Assembly (NCBI GenBank): GCA_043228905.1
Contig: JBHGNT010001490.1
Span: forward strand, 1 to 7,315
Length of the DNA stretch: 7,315 nucleotides
Direction of reading: 5' to 3'
DNA from: Azolla caroliniana
Taxonomy: Eukaryota; Plantae; Polypodiophyta
In this document: positions 1 through 7,172 of the stretch, piece by piece
Position numbering within the stretch: the stretch's first letter is position 1
Layout of the letters: each line of letters starts with the position of its first letter
Translations under genes and position numbers: made by a program
Notes under the pieces: generated by a model
The model's input: only the letters and a program-made list of their open reading frames with translations
What the model was told of the DNA's origin: nothing
The model's database searches: none

Positions 1-117
1 CAATAAAACATAAATAACGAGAAATAATTAAATTAATACACGGAAACGAGATCCCAAATGAGTTTAAACGAAACTCAATACTTGATTGTGTTGACCAGCT
101 TCCTTTTTTTATTTTGC

Positions 118-406
118 TTAAGTTTTAGGGCAACATTGATTGTCGGATTGATAAAAACCTAAGATTGTATAGATTGTCTCTATGATTGAAGCTGAGAGCA
201 GTGTAAACGCAGCGAGGATCGAAATGGGCAACCATGGGCGAGAGAAATACACGAGAGAAATACACGGCCCGAAACTCCACATACCAGCGACGCCAACGGG
301 ACGAATGGTGGGTCACAATGTCATGGATCATCTCCTCCCATTTTCCAGGCGGGTTCTCCTCGACATTAATACCCGTACACATGCCATTCCACATGTCGAC
401 CAACCT
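118..406 (-). pseudogene. Orphaned 3' end of DUF247 copy 1, lying after the nonsense codon and frameshifted by a 13-bp duplication
   Basis: The in-frame continuation after TAG reads RLVDMWNGMCTGINVEENPPGKWEEMIHDIVTHHSSRWRRWYVEFRAVYFSR. Removing one copy of cgagagaaataca (239-251 / 252-264) restores PWLPISILAAFTLLSASIIETIYTILGFYQSDNQCCPKT* with TAA at 118-120. This is colinear with the copy 2 C-terminus. The repaired gene would encode 584 aa. Confidence 0.87.
239..264. repeat. Perfect 13-bp tandem duplication (cgagagaaataca x2)
   Basis: Read directly from the sequence; only one copy at the matching site in gene 2 (about 4345-4357). Confidence 0.95.
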
Positions 407-1885
407 CTAGCCACTCCCCAGGTGGTTCTCTATGACATTGGCCTTTGTCAAGATCGCGAGATCTTCTTCGGTGTCAATCAGCATGTCCATGATCTTCGCA
501 TACATAGTGAACTCTTTCTGTTGTTTGGAGGTTCGTACGTGTGCAATGAGGCTCCGTAGCACATCCTCTGTGGTGTCATACACCACAAGGTGCGGAAGAT
601 CGAGCTGAAGTCTGTCCATGTGATAATTCATCACAGATATGTTACCTTTACAAGCGTTGAACGAAATGCCGGCTTTCGAGAGCTCAGATGCTGGCGGGAG
701 GCGACGGTGCTTCTTCTTCGTCTGCTTCTTCATCTTGGCAGCAGTAGATTCTTCGCCTTTTCCAGGGCGTGAAGCATTGGCAGATCCTTGAGAATCAGAT
801 GCTTGGCCTGGTTTAGGGCATGAATCATTGGCAGATGCTTGAGAATCAGCTGCTTGGCCTTTTCCAGGGCGTGAATCATTGGCAGATCCTTGAGAATCAG
901 CTGCTTGGCCTGGTCTACGGCGTGAATGAGGTTCTTTCAATGGTTCAGGGCGTGAATCATTGGCAGATACTTGAGAAACAGATCCTTGGCCTCCTTCAGG
1001 GCGTGAAACATTGACAGCTACCTGATGAGAATCACCTTCAGATTCGAATGTTTCAGTGCATGAAACATAGAGCGAATCTAGTAGATGCTGGCAATCACTC
1101 AAATCGATCTTGAAATGTTTCCCTTCATAGAAGGATGGATCATGCGAAAAGAATGGATTCTGCTTCATAATAAAACTCGTAACGGTGGCTTTGAGATGAT
1201 CCAATGACAAGGCTCGATTGTTAGGATTACATAGAGCAATCTTTCTCAGAAATGACATGGGAATCTGGTTGCCTATCAACAGCAAGTCCCTGGATAGTCT
1301 CACGGGGAGTGTTTGGCCATCAATGTAGAATGTGGCGAAGTATGAGCTACTTGAATCTGAGGGTTGGGGACTTTTATCAGAATTATTCCTCTGAAAGCGC
1401 AAGTATTCATGAATGAAGACTGTATCCACAGTAACCAGAAGTTTTAGGAACTCAAAGTTGTAATTTGGGAGCTCAATATAGATGTTCCTAAGGTCTTGGG
1501 GATCAAGGGTGAGTTTTTTCATAAGCTCTTCCACACCTGGTATCCCATGTCTTCCCATGAATTTCTTCATGCAAAGAGCCTTACATCTATCTGTAGGGGA
1601 CTTCTGAAGATTTTGATACAATGGGCCAATCGTCACTAATTTAGGGCAATATGACTCTGGCTTCACTTCAAGCAAATGTTGGGGAGGCTTTAAAATCATC
1701 AACTTGCAGTCGTGTGCAGGTGTGTTTTGAGCATCTACATTCATCTTCATGTACTTCATCCATTCATCTTCGGTACTGAATTTGGGTTGATGAAGCTGCA
1801 TGGCAAGGGAGGGTTCATATGGATACATTCTAGTCCCAAACTTTGAACTTCCTTTTCTGGTTTCATAGCTCAATGTAGCACCCAT
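407..1885 (-). CDS. DUF247-family protein, copy 1; 492-aa ORF truncated by a premature stop before the C-terminal transmembrane helix
   Basis: ATG-initiated uninterrupted ORF with DUF247-type motifs: SYCPKLVTIGPLY, RDLLLIGNQIPMSFL, CQHLLDSLY, LPPASELSKAGISF, LDLPHLVVYDTTEDVLRSLIAH and YAKIMDMLIDTEEDLAILTKANVIENHLG. It stops at TAG (407-409), where copy 2 has GAG (4500-4502). Family assigned by motif recognition, not by HMM search. Confidence 0.88.
   Translation of the reverse strand: MGATLSYETRKGSSKFGTRMYPYEPSLAMQLHQPKFSTEDEWMKYMKMNVDAQNTPAHDCKLMILKPPQHLLEVKPESYCPKLVTIGPLYQNLQKSPTDRCKALCMKKFMGRHGIPGVEELMKKLTLDPQDLRNIYIELPNYNFEFLKLLVTVDTVFIHEYLRFQRNNSDKSPQPSDSSSSYFATFYIDGQTLPVRLSRDLLLIGNQIPMSFLRKIALCNPNNRALSLDHLKATVTSFIMKQNPFFSHDPSFYEGKHFKIDLSDCQHLLDSLYVSCTETFESEGDSHQVAVNVSRPEGGQGSVSQVSANDSRPEPLKEPHSRRRPGQAADSQGSANDSRPGKGQAADSQASANDSCPKPGQASDSQGSANASRPGKGEESTAAKMKKQTKKKHRRLPPASELSKAGISFNACKGNISVMNYHMDRLQLDLPHLVVYDTTEDVLRSLIAHVRTSKQQKEFTMYAKIMDMLIDTEEDLAILTKANVIENHLGSG
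756..1038 (-). repeat. Coding tandem repeat: five 51-bp (17-aa) units with one 30-bp spacer, in copy 1
   Basis: The anchor tggcagat/tgacagct recurs at 778, 829, 880, 961 and 1012 (spacings 51, 51, 81, 51). The peptide unit is about GQAADSQGSANDSRPGK. Copy 2 has a single unit (ESDSHQVSVNDAHSES). Confidence 0.92.
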
Positions 1886-1887
1886 CT

Positions 1888-1905
1888 CTTCTTCTTCTTC
1901 TTCTT
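1888..1905 (-). repeat. (GAA)6 microsatellite immediately 5' of the copy 1 ATG
   Basis: (ctt)6 on the + strand, followed by degenerate ctg ctt ctg. Confidence 0.9.
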
Positions 1906-2016
1906 CTGCTTCTGGTTAATTTCAGTTCATAAAGACACTAGCACCATTCCCACAAGATAAATGAGGGGGTTCATCCCATGTACTAACTAATTGTAGGAAC
2001 TTTCCTTGTCAAGAAG

Positions 2017-2120
2017 AGCACAGTCCCACTATTGATTATGTCTTATGAATGTACATTATTCAACAATACATTATGCCTTAGCACAGTACTACTATTGATT
2101 ATGTCTTATGAATGTACATT
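2017..2120. repeat. 41-bp direct repeat pair (63-bp period) upstream of copy 1
   Basis: agcacagt(cc c/ac t)actattgattatgtcttatgaatgtacatt at 2017-2057 and 2080-2120. Confidence 0.92.
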
Positions 2121-3066
2121 GTTTAATTAAAGAACGGCCAACACAATTCCTTAAAGACAATGCGACTAGAGCGTAAATTTGCCTCCCATTTGTTTCAGAG
2201 AAAGAAATTATCGTTGCTACAGCAGGTCTTTACAAAAAGGTAATCCGACATTCTCTATGGGAAGGCTAGGGGTTGTTGGCTTTCCAAAATCATGGGGTCC
2301 GTTGGGATTACTTTGTTCATTGCATTAATAGATATATACCATATGTACAGTCAAGGTGCTCACCTATGAACGAAAGGTTGATTTCTTTTGCCATAAAGTA
2401 GGAAGTTTTACATTCATATTATGGAATCAAGATTTTATACACCAAGTTCCCATGGCTCTTGAAAAAAAAATGCATCAAGATTCTGAAAGAGGCTGCTACT
2501 TCCATCATTTTTTAAATCGTAATGCCTATTTATCAAAAAATGTTGTTTTTGATGTCACAAACATCATGTAATCTCTTTAAATGTTCTTTAAATGGTCAAT
2601 GTATCTTTCCAAATATAGCATAGAATACATGGCAGCATTATGATGATATGTAGCTATGTCCAAAATTAATGTCACATTCTTATTATTGGACTACAAGATA
2701 CTGAATTGTGAGATTCAGATGGGAATATCGTGGGATAGCCTAAGTTCTAACCTCCAATTTTCTTTCTAACAATAACAGATTATAACTACATCGACCGGGG
2801 ATTGTTCTCACCTACAAGATTAATGAAGGTTGATTTGGCTGTTCAACATCAACTTTTGTGTGCAATTATGGTCTAAAAGTTCTAATAAATATCATGGTGG
2901 AGCCAGTTGATCAATCCATACATTAATATCCACCTCTTTCTTTGTGATCTCCTAAGTTTGATTTTCTATACTCGATATACGTTATAATTTTTGGTTGAAG
3001 TATCTATCTAGAACATTCCCTAAAGTTATGATGTTATTTAATGTCTATACCATGTTATTCACGTGA

Positions 3067-3304
3067 CAATCTGTCTTTTAGATGCATTGCTAATGAATGA
3101 CTGATCATTAAGCATAACAATGTGATGATGAATTAAAACCAATTGCATTTTTCATAATTAAAACTACGTGGAAGGGGTAGAATCAATCTGTCTTTTAGAT
3201 GCATTGCTAATGAAAGATTGATCATTAAGCATAACAAATGTGATGATGAATTAAAACCAAATGCATTTTTTATAATTAAAACTACGTGGAAGGGGTAGAA
3301 TCAA
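3067..3304. repeat. 117-bp tandem duplication (two near-identical copies)
   Basis: caatctgtcttttagatgcattgctaatgaa...aaaactacgtggaaggggtagaat starts at 3067 and again at 3184. The copies differ by a few substitutions and a 1-bp indel, and a trailing caa follows at 3302-3304. Confidence 0.95.
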
Positions 3305-4210
3305 GTTAACCATTATTCATCATGGTATATTGGACATGACCTTACAAGGCACAAAATCGTTTTTCATATTGTTGTCGTATGACAAGCATGACCTAGAAGA
3401 ACCTAATAATCTACTCAATAGGATGGTCATTGTTGAACATTCGATGGATGTGAAATATTGAAAAGATCACCATTTTCTATTTGACCTAACGACTAGATAA
3501 TTAAAGCTTAATGATGGAATGGAGATCCACCGAAAACCACTTTATGCCAGTCTTGTGAAGGGTGTAAAGATATGAGAGTTATTGAATGTAGAAATGAAGT
3601 CATTTTCAAATCACTCTCTATGCATTAAACAGTTTTTGCCCTTTTGTGTTTAGCGTATTGCTATCTTCTACTATTATGGTTTACTCTCACTATTGCAAGA
3701 TGCTAGCAGTAGAAAAATGTAATTAGGTGGTTTGTACAACTTGTGAATGCATGCCAATGGGCACTAGTCAAGATTGGAAGATCTTTTGTTTTGTCTATCA
3801 GTGAGCCCCTGATTATTGATGGATGACACGAATGGGTCATGAAATGAAAATTTAAAAGACAACTTGTGTATAATGAAAATCATGAAAAGGACGAACAAGA
3901 GATTATTACTGGAATGGCCTGTGCAATGATGACCCCATGACATTAGTTCATTTGACTGATTAGCCACAGTTACTTTTTTAATCTCTTCTTAAATTTACAT
4001 GAATAACAAAATCATTAAGTGCATAATGTTCAAGACAATTTTATAAATCAATCTGGATTATGACCCAATAAACCATGCTCACCATCAGTACATGATTGTC
4101 CACAATTTCATAAGCCAATGTGGATTATAAATCAGTAAAACATAAATAACGGGAACAAAGTAAATTAATAAACCGAAACGAGATCCAAATGAGTAAACGA
4201 AGCTCAATAC

Positions 4211-4220
4211 TTTATTTATT
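4211..4220 (-). terminator. Possible AATAAA polyadenylation signal just after the copy 2 stop (equivalent at 108-113 for copy 1)
   Basis: tttatttatt reads AATAAATAAA on the minus strand. It is very close to the stop and in AT-rich DNA, so support is weak. Confidence 0.25.
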
Positions 4221-4223
4221 TCC

Positions 4224-5706
4224 TTAAGGTTTAGCTTTAAATTGAATGTCAGTTTTATAATAACTTGAGATTGTATAGATTGTCTGCACTATTGGAGCTG
4301 AGAGAAGTAAAAACGCTGCAATGATCGAAATCGGTAACCATGGCCGAGAAAAATACTTGGCCCGAAACTCGATGTACCAGCGACGCCAACAGGAGGAAAG
4401 GTGGGCCACTATATCATCAATCATCTCTTCCCATTTTCCATCTGGGTTATCCTCGACATTGATTCCTGTGCACATGTCGTTCCGCATGTCGACCAACCTC
4501 TCGCCATTCCCCAGGTGGTTCTCTATGACTTTAGCCTTTGTCAAGATCACGAGATCTTCTTCCGTGTCGATCAGCATGTCCATGACCTTTGCATACATAG
4601 TAAAGTCCTTCTGTTGTTTGGAGGTTCGTTCATGTGCAATGAGGCTCCTCAGCACATCCTCGGTCGTGTCATACACCACAAGGTGTGGAAGATGGAGCTT
4701 AAATTTATCCTTCTCATAATTCATCACAGATATGTTACCTTCGCAAGGGTTGAATGAAATGCCGGCTTTAGAGAGTTCAGATGCTGGCGGGAGGCGACGA
4801 TACTTCGCCTTGGCAGCGTTAAATTCTTCACTTGATTCAGAGTGTGCATCATTGACAGATACTTGATGAGAATCAGATTCTTCGAATTTTTCAGTGCATG
4901 AAACATAGAGTGAATCAAGTAGATGCTGGCACTTGATGAAATCGGTCTTGAAAGCTTTTCCACTATAGGAAGATTGATCATGTGAAAAGAATGGATTCTG
5001 CTTCATAATCAAACTCATAACGGTGTTCTTGAGATCAGTCAATGAGAAGTCTCCATTGTCAGAAATCTTCTTTAGGAATGACATGGGAATTTTGGTTGCC
5101 TATCAACAGCAAGTCCCTCGATAGTCTCAAGAGGAGTGTCTGACCATCGATGTAGAATGTGGAGAAGTATGAGCTACTTTCTGAGGGTTGGGGATTTCTA
5201 TCAGATTTATTCCTCTGAAAGCGCAAGAATTCATGAATGAAGACTGTATCGACGGTAAACAGAAGCTTTAGGAACTCAAAGTTGTAAGTTGGGAGTTCAA
5301 TGTAGATGTTCCTAACGTCTTGGGATGGAGGGATGAGCAGATCTATGAGCTCTTGCCGCGATATTTCATGTCTGGCCATGAATTTCTTCATGCAAAGAGC
5401 CTTACATCTATCAATGGGGGACTTCTGAAGATTTTGATACAATGGGCCGATGGTCACTAATTTAGGATAATATGACTCTGGCTTCACTTCAAACAAATGT
5501 TGGGGAGGCTTCAAAATCATCAATTTGTTGTCATATGCAGGTGGATTTTGAGCATCCACATTCATCTTCATGTACTTTATCCATTCATCTTCAGTACTGA
5601 AGTTAGGTTGATGACGCGGCATGGCAAGGGCAGGTTCATATGGATACATTCTAGTCCCTATCTTTGAACTTCTTTTTCCGCTTTGTTTGCTCAATGTGGC
5701 ACCCAT
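4224..5706 (-). pseudogene. DUF247-family gene, copy 2; single +1 frameshift at 5090-5093 (pseudogene or assembly error); 493 aa if repaired
   Basis: ORFs 5059-5706 and 4224-5084 together align end to end with copy 1. Copy 1 reads AAC CAG ATT CCC ATG (NQIPM), while copy 2 reads AAC CAA A ATT CCC ATG. The C-terminus WRRWYIEFRAKYFSRPWLPISIIAAFLLLSAPIVQTIYTI is the typical DUF247 terminal membrane helix. No other lesion seen. Confidence 0.88.
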
Positions 5707-5711
5707 CGTTT

Positions 5712-5729
5712 CTTCTTCTTCTTCTTCTT

Positions 5730-5759
<30 letters not shown>
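5712..5759 (-). repeat. (GAA)16 microsatellite immediately 5' of the copy 2 ATG
   Basis: Perfect (ctt)16 on the + strand. Confidence 0.97.
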
Positions 5760-5760
<1 letters not shown>

Positions 5761-5792
5761 ATTTCAGTTCATAAAGACACTAGCAGCATTCC

Positions 5793-5810
5793 CACAATAT
5801 AAACTAGGGG
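5793..5810 (-). promoter_or_regulatory. Putative TATA-like core promoter motif of copy 2 (equivalents at about 1950-1969 and 7284-7299)
   Basis: On the minus strand: CCCCTAGTTTATATTGTG (copy 2), CCCCTAGTATATTGTG (copy 3) and CCCCCTCATTTATCTTGTG (copy 1). Each lies about 25-45 bp upstream of the GAA tract. The function is inferred from position and conservation. Confidence 0.45.
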
Positions 5811-5842
5811 GTTTATCCCATGTAACTTTCCATGTTAAGAAG

Positions 5843-5949
5843 AGCACAGTACTACTATTGATTATGTCTTATGAATGTACATTATGCAACAATACATTAT
5901 GCCTTAGCACAGTACTACTATTGATTATGTCTTATGAATAATGTACATT
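5843..5949. repeat. 41-bp direct repeat pair upstream of copy 2
   Basis: Same element at 5843-5883 and 5906-5949; the second copy has a 3-bp insertion. Confidence 0.92.
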
Positions 5950-6619
5950 GTTTAATTAAAGAACGTAAATTTGCCTCCCATTTGTTTCAGAGAATGAAAT
6001 TATTGTTGCTACAGCATGTCTTTACAAAAAGGTAACCTGACATTCTCTATGGGAAGGCTACGGGATGTTGGCTTTCCAAAATCATGGGGTCCTCTAGGAT
6101 TACTTTGTTCATCGCATTAATAGATATAGCATATGCACAGTCAAGGTGCTCACGTATGTACGAAAGGTTTATTTCTTTTGCCATTAAGTAGGAATTCTTA
6201 CCTTCATATTATGGAATCAATATTTTATGCACCAAGTTCCCATGGCGCTTGAAACAAAAATGCATGAAGAAGCTCCTCCTTGCATCATTGATAAAATCCT
6301 AATGCCTATTTCTCAAAGTAGAATGTTGTTTTTGATGTTGCGAACATCATGTAATATCTTCAAATTGTCAATGCATCTTTGAAAATAGTGTAGAATACAT
6401 GGCAACATTATGATCTTTTGTTTTGTCAATCAGTGAGTCCCTGATTATTGATGGATGACACGAATGGGTCATGAAAAGAAAATTTAAAAGACTTGAAAGG
6501 GGTTTAACGAAAATCATGAAAAGGACGAAAAAGAGATTATTACTGGAATGGCCTGTGCAATGACCTCATGAGATTAGTTCAATTGACTGATTAGACACTA
6601 CTTTTTTAATATCTTCTTA

Positions 6620-7172
6620 AATTTACAGAAACAAAATATCGCCAGCATTTCAAGAGATCATTCTCTGTGAAGTCGGGTAATTCCTATGGAATGTTTATAT
6701 AAATTTGTTTAACAAAGACATGGGAATCTGGCTGCCTATCAGCAGCAAGTCCCTCCATATTTGGGATCAGACGTTGAAGTGAATCAAAGTTGTAAGCCGG
6801 GCTGAGGCCGAAATAGATGTCCCTATGTTCCCGAGGCTCGGGGATGAGATCATCCATGAGCTTTTGAAGATCCCACATCTTGTCTTTCCATGAATTTCTT
6901 CACACATAGATAGGGCCTTCCATCTATCAATAGGGGAAGCCTTGAGGTTTTGATACTATGGACCGATGGTCAGGATCCGCGGGACAAACCGGATCGCTTT
7001 ACGGTTTTGGAACTTAGATTTGTGTTCAGTCTTCTTGATCTCCACCTTCTTCTGGGTTGAAGTTGGTTTGATAAAGTTGCTCAATGTGAAAGTTATGGAT
7101 AATAGGGATTGGATAATATCGATGTAGATGCTGTGCCATTTGTTTCCCATGGGAAGCCTTGTGAATCACCAT
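6620..7172 (-). pseudogene. Degraded 5' fragment of a third, more diverged DUF247 paralog
   Basis: ATG at 7170-7172 lies next to a GAA tract, as in the other copies. Homologous pieces fall in shifting frames: QLYQTNFNPEE (vs QLHQPKFSTED), FVPRILTIGP*YQNLKASPIDRWKAL, CVKKFM, LMDDLIPEPREHRDIYFGLSPAYNFDSL and RDLLLIGSQIPMSLLNK. Lesions include TAG at 6956-6958, a 4-bp duplication at 6906-6913, further frameshifts, an internal deletion near 6760 and loss of the 3' half. The left boundary is approximate. Confidence 0.85.

Larger units (their letters stand above)
1..4012. repeat. Tandem segmental duplication, unit A (gene 1 plus flanks; starts left of the window)
   Basis: Position 1 (caataaaacataaataac) matches 4133 (cagtaaaacataaataac). 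Segment 1886-2644 matches 5707-6414, and 3783-4012 matches 6415-6637. Confidence 0.85.
4013..6637. repeat. Tandem segmental duplication, unit B (gene 2 plus flanks)
   Basis: Colinear with unit A over the 3' flank, CDS and upstream region. Similarity ends around aaatttaca...acaaaat (about 3991-4012 vs 6620-6637). The left boundary is inferred from where unit A ends. Confidence 0.8.

Noticed and set aside
401-415. Programmed stop-codon readthrough or splicing around the TAG in copy 1
   Set aside because: The context TAG AGG TTG is not the leaky TAG CAR YYA motif, and no plausible intron spans the stop. The downstream 13-bp frameshift would remove the membrane helix anyway.
182-1014. Plus-strand ORFs 182-559, 590-772 and 820-1014
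   Set aside because: Antisense shadows of the DUF247 CDS. The periodicity in 820-1014 is just the 51-bp repeat read on the other strand.
756-2120. CRISPR-like reading of the 51-bp and 41-bp repeats
   Set aside because: Eukaryotic context with no cas genes. The 51-bp units are in-frame coding repeats without unique spacers, and the 41-bp element has only two copies per locus.
2356-2571. 71-aa plus-strand ORF
   Set aside because: GTG start, and the paralogous sequence from about 6145 reaches TAA after 13 codons, so the frame is not conserved.
3572-3707. Hydrophobic plus-strand reading (VFALLCLAYCYLLLLWFTLTIA) resembling a signal peptide
   Set aside because: It is preceded by an in-frame TAA with no ATG after it and ends in TAG. 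T-rich composition explains it.
3752-3768. Helitron-like 3' end (short tgcc/ggca hairpin then ctagt) or CACTA terminus
   Set aside because: The stem is only 4 bp, the motif is about 15 bp inside the indel boundary, and there is no matching 5' terminus.
3764-3967. 67-aa ORF with a hydrophobic stretch, considered as a small partner peptide
   Set aside because: GTG start and no N-terminal signal peptide. The duplicate near 6597 stops after 10 codons, and the ORF crosses the indel junction at 3782.
4321-4981. ORFs 4321-4719 (+), 4401-4757 (+) and 4724-4981 (-, alternative frame)
   Set aside because: They lie inside copy 2 in non-homologous frames and have no recognisable motifs.
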